Origin: an uncultured Leptospiraceae bacterium
Lineage (GTDB): Bacteria; Spirochaetota; DYNZ01
NCBI GenBank assembly: GCA_964501965.1
Contig: CAZCVM010000004.1
Span: 1-43,546, forward strand
DNA: 43,546 bases
Direction of reading: 5' to 3'
Below, in pieces: positions 1 to 9,173 of this stretch. How positions within the stretch are numbered: position 1 is the stretch's first letter; each line of letters opens with the position of its first letter. The notes beneath the pieces were generated by a model. The model did not search any database. It worked only from the letters and a program-made list of their open reading frames with translations, and had not been told where the DNA came from. A program made the position numbers and the translations under genes.

Positions 1-217
1 TGATACTGTGATAGGCGATACATCGATTTTTATTTCACCTGGGTATATTTTTCAGTCCGTTGATGCGTTGATCACAAATTTTCATACTCCTCAGTCAACT
101 CTGTTGATGCTTATCAGTGCTTTTTATGACAGGAAAAAAATATTGCAAACCTATCAGATTGCCAAAGAAAAAAAATATCGGTTTTTTTCTTATGGTGATG
201 CCATGTTCCTGGTTTAG
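1..217 (+). CDS. queA: S-adenosylmethionine:tRNA ribosyltransferase-isomerase (QueA), C-terminal fragment cut by the window edge
   Basis: The C-terminal sequence ...[21 protein letters not shown]...[15 protein letters not shown] matches the conserved QueA C-terminus ([22 protein letters not shown]). The frame is open from the window start. Confidence 0.85.
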   Translation, partial: DTVIGDTSIFISPGYIFQSVDALITNFHTPQSTLLMLISAFYDRKKILQTYQIAKEKKYRFFSYGDAMFLV

Positions 218-229
218 TTTTGAAAAAAA

Positions 230-916
230 TCATTCTTTCCAGGATATATATCGAAAACCGATCCCAATTGACAAATAAAAACTATCTATCCATTCCCGTG
301 ATGGATATTGCCCAGGAAAGTTGAATTGTAGATTTCTGATTCGTGTATCCATTTGCAGGCTTACGCGCTCACCCAAATAAAAACGATTGCCCAGACCAAT
401 ACTCCAGGCCCCGGTTCTGATTCTTGTGTTGATTCCTGATGCCCATAAGTCATAGATGCCCCAGGAAATATTGAGATACAAAGAATATGAGTCTTTGTAC
501 ATAAATGCTGGAATATGGTATCTCCAGGAAAAACGGTAGCCCCATAAAATGTGCGCCATATAATCAGTGTCTTTTTTGTACCACATCTGTTCGATAGAAA
601 AAACCAATTCGCTGGTGCGGCTCAATCGGGTCTGATGTTCGAGCATATAACCATAAGAATTTTTTTTCTTGATTGGTAAAAAATGAGTGTTGTAGCTATT
701 GTAGGCCCAAGAACCCTGAATCAAAATACTGTTTCCTAAAGGAGTATGGTGATGGGTCTGATTGTTTTCTGGAGTTTTATCCGCTGCGAAAATAGATGCG
801 CTGTTTAAGAAAATAATAAAAATAGTAAATAAAAACCAAAAAACAAGGTGTCCGCAAAACATTTTTGTTAGATTTTTGTAAAAAAAATGGCAGTTGTTGT
901 CTATTTTTTTTTTCAT
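230..916 (-). CDS. Hypothetical secreted protein, possibly an outer-membrane beta-barrel
   Basis: 228-aa ORF. The ATG at 916 has AAGGA 8 nt upstream. There is a hydrophobic signal-like segment (...FLFTIFIIFLNSASIFA/ADKT). The body is rich in alternating aromatic/polar residues (W, Y, G, R), typical of beta-barrels. I recognise no family. Confidence 0.55.
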   Translation of the reverse strand: MKKKIDNNCHFFYKNLTKMFCGHLVFWFLFTIFIIFLNSASIFAADKTPENNQTHHHTPLGNSILIQGSWAYNSYNTHFLPIKKKNSYGYMLEHQTRLSRTSELVFSIEQMWYKKDTDYMAHILWGYRFSWRYHIPAFMYKDSYSLYLNISWGIYDLWASGINTRIRTGAWSIGLGNRFYLGERVSLQMDTRIRNLQFNFPGQYPSREWIDSFYLSIGIGFRYISWKE

Positions 917-980
917 AAAGTATATCCTTTTATTGTAAACATTTTGTTTTTCAGTTGTTTGTGGAATGTTTTTTGATTCT

Positions 981-3092
981 TTATGTGTGCATTAGTTTTT
1001 CAACATCTATTTTGCGTCCAGCTATGACAAGCATATCGCCTTTTTGTATTTTGTAGTCAGGGGAAGGTACGATGTGGTTGTCGCCCTGTCCCTGCAAAAT
1101 AGCTAACACAGTAATCCCAAATTTTTGTCTAAAATTCAATTCCAGTAAAGATTTCCCGAGCATTGTTAATGGAGCAGCAATGGTTTCCAGGTTATAATCT
1201 TCGCTAAAATCAATAGCCTTTCTAGTTTGCCGAATGTTGTCGCTTATGCCTGCTACAGGCGAACGGAAAGTCATGCCGGAAATATTTTTCCTAAGAATTT
1301 CTTTTTGGTATACATTCAAAACATCTTTTCTAGTGATATAACCCACAGGTTTGTGACTTTGTTTTCCCTGCACTACGGGTATTAGGCTGGAATGCTTTGT
1401 GCTCAAAATATCTACGGCCCGCGTTAAGGCTTCATCTTCTCCTAGAGACTCTACATCTTCCATGATTTCGGAAGCTATGAGTACATTGTACAAATAGGGC
1501 GTCTCTACCAGTCGCTTTAAGTCATCCAGGTGCAGTTTGCCCAACATGTCGCCATTTATATTAATAACAATTACAGTGGTAAAGCGAGTGTGCAAAAATA
1601 TTTCCATTATTTGCCGTAAAGGCATATTATCTCTGACAGTGAGTAGGTTCTTTCGCATTATGTCTCCTACTCGAATTGTAGACATAACGGTTTTTTCCAT
1701 CCCTTCATATAAAGATATTCCCATTTGTTTTAAGTCCAATGTGTACATAGAACCATGCAAATGGTATTTTACAATTTGGCTGGATATAATGGATACAATC
1801 GCGACTGGCAAAATAATTTGGTAGCTGCGCGTTGTTTCAAAAAACAATAAAATTGCCATTAAGGGTGCTTGACTGGTTCCGGCAATTATAGAACCCATGC
1901 CGATCAATGCAAAAGCTCCCACAGATACATTTGCTTCCGGAAAAAAAATGGTTGCCAAATGACCTACAAAAGCACCCAAAGAAGCTCCTAAAAATAATGA
2001 AGGCACAATGGTTCCTCCCGCACCTCCGGACCCCAAAGTTAAGGATGTGGCAAGCATTTTTCCGAATAGAAGTCCCAATACTGCGATTAATACAATCCAA
2101 GGATACATGACGGGATGTCCTTGTTGTGTTAATCCAAAAAATGACAAAGTGTGAAAATGGTTTTCAAATCTCAGTAGTTGGTTAATTGTTCCATAACCTA
2201 TACCCAGAATATTGGGAATCAATAGGGCTATCATGCCTACCATTAGTCCGCCCAAACCTGGTTTGATAAAATCCGGTATAGATATTTTTTGAAAAAAGGT
2301 TTTGGAAAGAACCAGAGAACGTATAAATATTATGCAGACATATCCAGCTAAAATTCCCAGGACAATATAGAATAAAAATTCCATTGGCGAAGACACTTCA
2401 TAAATAGGCGGAGAAAACGCAGGGTGTTCGCCCAAGAAAAAACGTCCGACCAATGTGGCTGAGATGGCAGCAACAATGATCATGCTTACGATATTGAGAG
2501 AAATATCTCCCAACAATATTTCCATGGCAAAAAAAGTGCCGGCAATGGGGGCATTGAACGCGCCGGCTATACCTGCTGCCGCGCCGGCTCCTACCAGTGC
2601 TTTGACATATTCATGCGGCATACGAAATAACCGGCCAATGACAGATCCAATGCCGCCGCCAATATGTACCACCGGGCCTTCTTTACCTGCGGATCCGCCG
2701 CTGCCCAATGTTATCGCGGATGTGATAAATTTTTCAAAGACTTCTTTTTTGCTCAAATAGCCTTGTTTTACAGCCAGGGAGCGCATGACCTGTTCGACGC
2801 CCCCCACAGCTCCGCTTCGAAATAAATGAAATTTCAATACTCCCACCAATATGCCGCCCAGGGCTGGAATCAATAAAATAAAATAAAACGGCAATGACGG
2901 AAGTATTCCCAAAAGAGTTTCTCCTTTGGTCTTAAAAAAGCTGCTTAAGAAAAATTCAATGAAATGTTTCAGGCCAACACTTGCCAAGCCTACGGATATA
3001 CCAATCAGAATAGAGATTATTAATAAAAAAGCGTCTTTGCGGTGAAATTTTTTAAAAGTATTGTATAAGAAATTTTGTACTTGCGTAATCAA
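981..3092 (-). CDS. ClC-family chloride channel/H+-Cl- antiporter with C-terminal CBS pair and TrkA-C (RCK_C) domain
   Basis: ClC selectivity motifs GSGGSAGKEGP and GGTIVPSLFLG are present, with many TM helices. Two CBS-like segments (VGDIMRKNLLTV..., ASEIMEDVESL...) are followed by a TrkA-C-like end (ITVLAILQG...IVPSPDYKIQKGDMLVIAG). The start is uncertain: GGAGG (3093-3097) directly abuts the TTG at 3092. Confidence 0.9.
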   Translation of the reverse strand: MITQVQNFLYNTFKKFHRKDAFLLIISILIGISVGLASVGLKHFIEFFLSSFFKTKGETLLGILPSLPFYFILLIPALGGILVGVLKFHLFRSGAVGGVEQVMRSLAVKQGYLSKKEVFEKFITSAITLGSGGSAGKEGPVVHIGGGIGSVIGRLFRMPHEYVKALVGAGAAAGIAGAFNAPIAGTFFAMEILLGDISLNIVSMIIVAAISATLVGRFFLGEHPAFSPPIYEVSSPMEFLFYIVLGILAGYVCIIFIRSLVLSKTFFQKISIPDFIKPGLGGLMVGMIALLIPNILGIGYGTINQLLRFENHFHTLSFFGLTQQGHPVMYPWIVLIAVLGLLFGKMLATSLTLGSGGAGGTIVPSLFLGASLGAFVGHLATIFFPEANVSVGAFALIGMGSIIAGTSQAPLMAILLFFETTRSYQIILPVAIVSIISSQIVKYHLHGSMYTLDLKQMGISLYEGMEKTVMSTIRVGDIMRKNLLTVRDNMPLRQIMEIFLHTRFTTVIVININGDMLGKLHLDDLKRLVETPYLYNVLIASEIMEDVESLGEDEALTRAVDILSTKHSSLIPVVQGKQSHKPVGYITRKDVLNVYQKEILRKNISGMTFRSPVAGISDNIRQTRKAIDFSEDYNLETIAAPLTMLGKSLLELNFRQKFGITVLAILQGQGDNHIVPSPDYKIQKGDMLVIAGRKIDVEKLMHT

Positions 3093-3172
3093 CCTCCATT
3101 GGAATTATACCTAACATCATATCGTTAATAGATAAACCCTGTATAAATTCAAAAAAAAATGGAAGCACAACC

Positions 3173-5305
3173 ATGTCAACTCAATTGAAAGTACATATAC
3201 TATGGCATTTACACCAACCAATCTATGCTATGGCAAATTCCAATCATTTTATTCTGCCCTGGGTTCGATTGCACGCGATTAAGGCATATTATGACATGGC
3301 CAAATCCGCTTTGGATTTTCCAGAAATGGGCATGACTCTAAATTTGACACCGTCTTTGCTGCTTCAGCTAGAGCTCTATGGACAACCAGGAACTACGGAT
3401 CATTATTTAAATCTTACGCTTAAAGAACCTGATTCATTGTCCGTTGAAGAAAAACAATTTATTGTAGATAAATTTTTTCAATGCAGTTGGGATACCATGA
3501 TTCATCCGTATCCCAGGTACAAAGAGTTGTTGCAAAAGAAAATGGATCGGTCGATCAATAGTTTTTCGAATCAGGATATACAGGATCTACAGGTTTGGTT
3601 CAATCTGGCATGGTTTGGTTTTTTCGCAAAAAAAGAGATGCCCGAATTGCAGGGATTGATAAAAAAAAATAAAAATTTTACCCAAGCCGAGAAAGAAAGT
3701 CTGATCCATATTCAAAAAAAGATTCTAAGCCAGATTATTCCATTGTTTCAAAAAATCGACCAAGAAATGCCAGATATGGAAATTGCGACAACTCCATTTT
3801 ATCACCCGATCCTGCCGTTGGTTTATAATACCGAAACCGCCCGTCGCTGTATGCCGCAGTGGCCTATGCCGGAACCTTTTTCATATCCCAAAGATGCGGG
3901 CAAGCAGATAGATATGGCTATAGAAAAATATGTATCTTTGTTCTCTCACAAACCGGCTGGTTTTTGGCCTGCCGAGGGAAGCGTTAGTCCGGAAGTAGCT
4001 CAGCTTTTTCTGGAGAAAGGTATCCAATGGATTGCCACGGATGAAGAAGTCTTGCTCAATACAATCAAATCTCAAGACCACAAAGAAATTTTTCAGCCAT
4101 ATTGTTTTCAAGACAAGTTGAGACTTTTTTTTAGGGACAAAGGAATATCAGATGCCATTGGCTTTAGATATTCAAAAATGAGCACCAAAGACGCAATACA
4201 GGATTTTATGTCCAATCTGGCCAATATTGCAAAAAGCAATGATAATGATCATATTTCTGTTATATTGGATGGTGAAAATCCTTGGGAATACTACAGCGAT
4301 GGCGGTCAGTCATTTTTGTATTCATTGTATTCAGAATTAATACAACATCCGCAGCTCTTGCCCATGTCTATGGTCAAAGGGGCCAGTGAGTCTGAGTCAA
4401 AAAACTTGTCAGATTTGTATTCTGCGTCCTGGATAATGGGCAATTTTCAAATATGGATTGGAAATCCAGAAGACAACAAGGCCTGGGAATATTTGGGTAA
4501 AACCAGAAAAAAAATCGCAGAAAAAAATACTACCCTTTCGGCGGAGAAAATTCAAAAAGCTTTGGATTATATTTATGTGGCAGAAGGGTCTGATTGGTTT
4601 TGGTGGTATGGCGATGATTTTCAAAGCGATAGCAAAGGTGACTTTGATACCTTATTTCGGTCATATTTGATGTCTGCCTGGGAAGCTATTGAAGAGCAAA
4701 TTCCCAATTGGTTGTATGAACCAATTGTCGAAGAAAAGGTCAAAGAAGAACAATTCAATCCAAAAGAATTTATCGCCCCAACTATTGATGGAGAATTGAC
4801 AAGTTTTTATGAATGGCATGGCAGTGTCAGATATTTGTCCGACATAAATGCATCAGCAATATACAATTCTCAAAATCAAATCAAAGAAATACGATATGGA
4901 TTTGATTTTGAGAATTTTTATGCTATGATTGATATGGCTGAGGATACGGAAGAAAGTTTTGAAATAAAAATTCATTTTATCCGTCAATCGGATCAGGAAG
5001 TCAAATCAAACGAAACCGGATCAAATGAAAAACAATCCAATACATTAGCCAAAAAAAGTTTTCATTTTATTTTTGATCAACAAAAAATTGTTTCCCCCAA
5101 AACACATTTTTGCAACATTGCAAAAAAAGATTTTATCGAAATAAAAATACCCTTTCAAGAATTTCAGGCAGGTCCCAATCAATATTGGGAGTTTTTTGTT
5201 GAATTGTTGAAAGATAATAAAACAATAGAAAAACAGCCTTTGACTCACTTACTGTATTTTACCACACCAAGCAAAGAATTTACCATGAAACATTGGTTTG
5301 TATAA
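3173..5305 (+). CDS. Glycoside hydrolase family 57 alpha-glucan-active enzyme with a long C-terminal extension
   Basis: GH57 conserved regions are present: WHLHQPIY (HQP), FWPAEGSVSPE (nucleophile Glu region), IATDEEV and ILDGENPWEYY. About 190 extra C-terminal residues include a low-complexity S/N/E/Q stretch. Confidence 0.85.
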   Translation: MSTQLKVHILWHLHQPIYAMANSNHFILPWVRLHAIKAYYDMAKSALDFPEMGMTLNLTPSLLLQLELYGQPGTTDHYLNLTLKEPDSLSVEEKQFIVDKFFQCSWDTMIHPYPRYKELLQKKMDRSINSFSNQDIQDLQVWFNLAWFGFFAKKEMPELQGLIKKNKNFTQAEKESLIHIQKKILSQIIPLFQKIDQEMPDMEIATTPFYHPILPLVYNTETARRCMPQWPMPEPFSYPKDAGKQIDMAIEKYVSLFSHKPAGFWPAEGSVSPEVAQLFLEKGIQWIATDEEVLLNTIKSQDHKEIFQPYCFQDKLRLFFRDKGISDAIGFRYSKMSTKDAIQDFMSNLANIAKSNDNDHISVILDGENPWEYYSDGGQSFLYSLYSELIQHPQLLPMSMVKGASESESKNLSDLYSASWIMGNFQIWIGNPEDNKAWEYLGKTRKKIAEKNTTLSAEKIQKALDYIYVAEGSDWFWWYGDDFQSDSKGDFDTLFRSYLMSAWEAIEEQIPNWLYEPIVEEKVKEEQFNPKEFIAPTIDGELTSFYEWHGSVRYLSDINASAIYNSQNQIKEIRYGFDFENFYAMIDMAEDTEESFEIKIHFIRQSDQEVKSNETGSNEKQSNTLAKKSFHFIFDQQKIVSPKTHFCNIAKKDFIEIKIPFQEFQAGPNQYWEFFVELLKDNKTIEKQPLTHLLYFTTPSKEFTMKHWFV

Positions 5306-5316
5306 AGAGGTACCAA

Positions 5317-6321
5317 GTGTCTGAATTGCGAAAAGATCCAATTAGCGGGAAATGGGTCATTATTGCCCCGGAAAGAATGCGAAGACCCAGTTTTTTATCT
5401 CAAAATGATTATCAGGAATCCAATCAGGAAAACTGTCCTTTTTGTCCAGGCAATGAGCATTATACTGGCCAAACTATCCAGCAAAAGCCAGATAATGGAG
5501 ATTGGAAGGTACGGGCTTTTCCAAATAAGTATCCAGCCTTGCGCGTTGAAGGGGATGTCAAGCGCAAAGGACATGGAATATATGATGTCATCTCAGGTGT
5601 TGGGGCGCATGAAATCATTGTTAATACTCCGCAGCATGGCCAGGAAATAAGCTCTTTGCCAGAGGAAAATTTGATTCATTTGCTTCAATTGTACCAAACT
5701 CGGATATTGGATCTTTACAATGATACGCGGTTGCGTTACGCAATGATATATATCAATCATGGACCAGAAGCGGGAGCCACTGTGGCGCATAGTCATTCGC
5801 AATTGATTGCTACTGCGATATTACCGAATCTTATCAAAGATGAACTTCTTCACTGTAAAGAATATTTTGTTCATAAGGAGCGTTGCTTGATCTGTGATAT
5901 TATTGATCAAGAGAAAAATAACAATGAAAGAATTGTTAGTGAAAATGATTATTTTATTGCTATTGTTCCTTATGCTGCGCGTGTGCCTTTTGAAGTGCAA
6001 ATTTATCCCAAAAATCACTCCCATGATTATGGTCAATGCTCCACAAATGAAATAAAACATTTGAGTGCTATGATAAAGGATGTTATGCGACGGCTGAGGC
6101 AGGCATTGAATTCTCCGCCTTACAATATGGTATTGCATTCCACTCCCAATACAAGAGCACAGGGCATACCAGGACAATGGCAGACTCTGCTGCATGATTT
6201 CCATTGGCATATAGAAATCGTGCCTCGATTGACCCTTGCCGCCGGTTTTGAATGGGGCACTGGATATTTTATCAATCCTTCAGAACCGGAGCAATGTGCA
6301 AAATTTTTACGGGAGTTATAA
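5317..6321 (+). CDS. GalT-family (HIT superfamily) hexose-1-phosphate nucleotidyltransferase / NDP-sugar phosphorylase-like protein
   Basis: The N-terminus SELRKDPISGKWVIIAPERMRRP, the Zn motif CPFCPGNE and the HIT-like active site AHSHSQL (HxHxQ) all fit the family. I moved the start from the TTG at 5293 to the GTG at 5317, which lies 6 nt after AAGAGG (5305-5310). Confidence 0.8.
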   Translation: MSELRKDPISGKWVIIAPERMRRPSFLSQNDYQESNQENCPFCPGNEHYTGQTIQQKPDNGDWKVRAFPNKYPALRVEGDVKRKGHGIYDVISGVGAHEIIVNTPQHGQEISSLPEENLIHLLQLYQTRILDLYNDTRLRYAMIYINHGPEAGATVAHSHSQLIATAILPNLIKDELLHCKEYFVHKERCLICDIIDQEKNNNERIVSENDYFIAIVPYAARVPFEVQIYPKNHSHDYGQCSTNEIKHLSAMIKDVMRRLRQALNSPPYNMVLHSTPNTRAQGIPGQWQTLLHDFHWHIEIVPRLTLAAGFEWGTGYFINPSEPEQCAKFLREL

Positions 6322-8064
6322 TTGAACCGCCAGGATGGTTAGGTCATCTTGAAGCATTGTTTCGCCGCGAAAGGCATTTACATCAGACAATATATTTTGG
6401 ACGATTCTTTCCGGTGCTAAATCACGTTTTTGAGCCAATTGTGTTAGTTTAGCAACAAGGCGTTCTTCGCCATATTCTTGGTAGTCTTTTTGTATTGCTT
6501 CTGTTATTCCATCGGTATAAAGAAACAAGACATCTCCTGGCTCATAAGATAAAACATACTCTGAATAATTATCTACTGGAAAAGTTCCAGCAGGTGCTCC
6601 TTTGCCGGAAATGGAAATAACATCTGCCTGGGATGCTCGGATAATATATTGATGATTGTGGCCAGCGCTAGCGTACCGAAGCTGTTTGCTTTCTGTTTCT
6701 ATTTGAACAATCATTACAGTGACGAATAAAGACATACGTTTTTCAGTTAGTATTTTCTTGTTGAGTTCTGCGACGGAAGTGCGCGGGTTTTTGAACCTGG
6801 GTATAAAGCTTTGCAAAAGGGTTTTTACATGTTCCATAAATAATGCGGCAGAAACACCTTTGCCGGAAACATCACCAATTACAAATGTGACATTATTGTC
6901 GCCCAATGTTACCATATCATAAAAATCTCCGCCCACTGCTTCACAAGCTTCATAATGGGATGCAATGGTTAGACCATGGTATTGATGAGGCAATTGCATT
7001 AATGAATTTTTTTGGATCTGCGCAGCGGTTTCCAAATCTTTGCGCAATTGTTGGATCGCCATGTTGTTCAACTGATTGGTGTACATTTCATAAGCTTTGG
7101 AGATTTCTCTGCCCACAGTGGACAGAACAGAAAATTCAAATGAATCAAAAGGCAATCCATCCTTTTTGTCTGCGACATTCAATACGCCTACCGTTTCTTC
7201 ACCAGAAGTTATCGGAATGGAAATAAAAGATTTGGTCAAATAGTCCCCTTGAGAGGAAAAGTCATAGTGGTGCAAATCTTCATCAATATTTTGAACCAAT
7301 AAAGGGTCTCCAGATCGAAAAACATAAGCAGCTATTCCATCTTTGGTTACAGAAACATTGTTGTGTTCTGTGTCAAATCCAATCGAGCTTACAACATGCA
7401 ATTCATTGTCACGATTCATTAATAATGATATTTTTTGGACAAAAAGTGTTTTCTCTATTGAATACAATATGTTGTCGACATTTTTTAAGAAATCAAAATG
7501 GGAAGAAATAGATTGAGAAATTTCATAAATACAGCGCAATTCATCCATTCTTTCTTGTAAGTCTCTATACAATTGCCGATTGTAAATCGCTGTGGCAGCC
7601 TGGTGCGATAAATACACCAGTATTTCTTGATCTTCTTTGCTAAAATCTCTTTTATCCAAGGAGTTGACCGCTTCCAGCACGCCGATCAATTTGTTCTCTC
7701 TCAATAAGGGAACTGCCAATAAATTTTTGGTAACAAAATCTGTTTTTTTGTCAAATTCTTTTAGTACTCGTTCATCACTTGCCGCATCATTGACAATCAA
7801 TGGTACTTTTGTTTGCGCCACCAAGCCTGCGATACCTTTGCCAAGAGCTACTCTTTGACTGGCCAATAGATTGTTCTTCGGTCCACGAACAATATCAAAG
7901 ATCAAGTCTCCCTGCATGGGATCATACAACAACAAAGAGGCTCCTTCTGTTTGCAATAGATCCTTGGCTGCATCCATGATTAATACCAATAAGTCGTGCA
8001 AATCTTGAGTGGAGTTGATACTCAAGCTAATATTGCTAAATTTTTTTAATGTAAGTGCTTGCAA
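6316..8064 (-). CDS. GAF-GAF-PP2C (SpoIIE/RsbU-type) serine phosphatase
   Basis: Two GAF-like regions (...GKGIAGLVAQTKVPLIVND..., ...ISIPITSGEETVGVLNVADK...) precede a PP2C/SpoIIE core (GGDFYD, VIGDVSGKGVSAALFM, LFLYTDGITEA, QDDLTILAVQL). The TTG start at 8064 has GAGGAA 3 nt upstream. Confidence 0.85.
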   Translation of the reverse strand: MQALTLKKFSNISLSINSTQDLHDLLVLIMDAAKDLLQTEGASLLLYDPMQGDLIFDIVRGPKNNLLASQRVALGKGIAGLVAQTKVPLIVNDAASDERVLKEFDKKTDFVTKNLLAVPLLRENKLIGVLEAVNSLDKRDFSKEDQEILVYLSHQAATAIYNRQLYRDLQERMDELRCIYEISQSISSHFDFLKNVDNILYSIEKTLFVQKISLLMNRDNELHVVSSIGFDTEHNNVSVTKDGIAAYVFRSGDPLLVQNIDEDLHHYDFSSQGDYLTKSFISIPITSGEETVGVLNVADKKDGLPFDSFEFSVLSTVGREISKAYEMYTNQLNNMAIQQLRKDLETAAQIQKNSLMQLPHQYHGLTIASHYEACEAVGGDFYDMVTLGDNNVTFVIGDVSGKGVSAALFMEHVKTLLQSFIPRFKNPRTSVAELNKKILTEKRMSLFVTVMIVQIETESKQLRYASAGHNHQYIIRASQADVISISGKGAPAGTFPVDNYSEYVLSYEPGDVLFLYTDGITEAIQKDYQEYGEERLVAKLTQLAQKRDLAPERIVQNILSDVNAFRGETMLQDDLTILAVQL

Positions 8065-8114
8065 AATTTCCTCACAGGATTACTTTGTTTATATTTGTCT
8101 ACTGTTGATTGCAG

Positions 8115-9074
8115 TTATGCATAGGTCAATGTGTTCCAAAGACCTTTTTCTTCTATTATAGGATAAATCAATCTTTCCAAGTCGTCCACTTCTTTTTTGA
8201 ATGGTGCCTCAGGATATGGGCCCGTTATCCGGGTATATATAGCTAATGCCACAACAAAATCTTCCAAATCTCCTTTTTTTATGGCCAAGACCATTTCTTT
8301 GTACAAAACCATGGCCGCGCGTTGATAATTCATGCCTTTGATGTTTTTGACAATATCAGCCTTAATCATTTCACGTTTCCGGTTGCCTATTGTTTGAATG
8401 ATAGTGTCCACCTTGTCCCGGTATATAGCATTGTCCAAAGCGGAATATTTTACAATGTATGCGTTGAGAAGACCAACTAATTTGTCTTTACCGCGCAACA
8501 TACTTTGTTTGCGGTAGTAATCATAAGCCTTTTCAATATTTTGATAATCCTGCTGTTCTTGTTCCAGTAGCTCTTTATCTGTTTTGCGCATACTGTCTTC
8601 CAGTAATTCAGAAAAAGAGCCAACAATATTCATTTTTTTGTCCATTTGCTTGGCTTTTGCTGTACCTTCAATGATTATATTGCGGTTGCCGCGCAATAAA
8701 AATCGTTCTAATATCGGAATCAATGAGCTAAGTACGAGCATTGAGGCTTCGCGCAATTTTGATGAACTGAAGGCATTTTTAAGAAACCGGCGCAATACAT
8801 GGATAACTAAAGTAGTCTGGGAATCCATACGCAAAGCACTTACTAAAAGAACGAGAAATATTTCTTTTTGCTTTTCTGCATCCTGGATATTGTAAGCTGT
8901 ATGATCGAGATTTCTCAATTTTTCTTTGAATTTTTCTTTTTTTTGTAAATGATAGGAAACATCGAATTTGATTTCCAGTTGTTGCAGCTCTTCTAGAAGC
9001 TGATCATCCGCAGTGTCCAAAATCATTAGTTCATTGTGTAGAAAAATAATTTGATTTAAAGAAATTGTTGCCAT
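8115..9074 (-). CDS. Hypothetical all-alpha protein, 319 aa
   Basis: Long ORF with an ATG start, 50 nt upstream of and co-oriented with the PP2C phosphatase gene. It is rich in K/E/L helical sequence. I recognise no motif. Confidence 0.6.
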   Translation of the reverse strand: MATISLNQIIFLHNELMILDTADDQLLEELQQLEIKFDVSYHLQKKEKFKEKLRNLDHTAYNIQDAEKQKEIFLVLLVSALRMDSQTTLVIHVLRRFLKNAFSSSKLREASMLVLSSLIPILERFLLRGNRNIIIEGTAKAKQMDKKMNIVGSFSELLEDSMRKTDKELLEQEQQDYQNIEKAYDYYRKQSMLRGKDKLVGLLNAYIVKYSALDNAIYRDKVDTIIQTIGNRKREMIKADIVKNIKGMNYQRAAMVLYKEMVLAIKKGDLEDFVVALAIYTRITGPYPEAPFKKEVDDLERLIYPIIEEKGLWNTLTYA

Positions 9075-9173
9075 AATTTTTTCATATTGCCAAAAAATAA
9101 ATATGTTTTAAGAATAGTACGTATTAGTTTTAAAAATGGCTGAAAAATTTCAACAGAAAATAAATAGGTAATT

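Noticed and set aside
3090-3100. GGAGG directly abuts the TTG start of the ClC gene with zero spacing, and there is an out-of-frame ATG at 3098-3100.
   Set aside because: This is an annotation ambiguity rather than biology I can interpret. There is no alternative in-frame ATG, GTG or TTG within the usual 5-10 nt spacing, and the upstream frame closes at a TAA (3105-3107). It needs experimental N-terminus mapping.
5821-6210. Long shadow ORFs inside or antisense to well-supported genes. Examples are 5821-6210(-), 39473-39880(-), 34473-34871(+), 18594-18965(+), 37854-38198(+), 24911-25261(+) and 11276-11638(-).
   Set aside because: Each lies wholly within a gene that has strong family motifs. 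Their translations are low-complexity or hydrophobic with no motifs and no SD sites. I treat them as non-coding.
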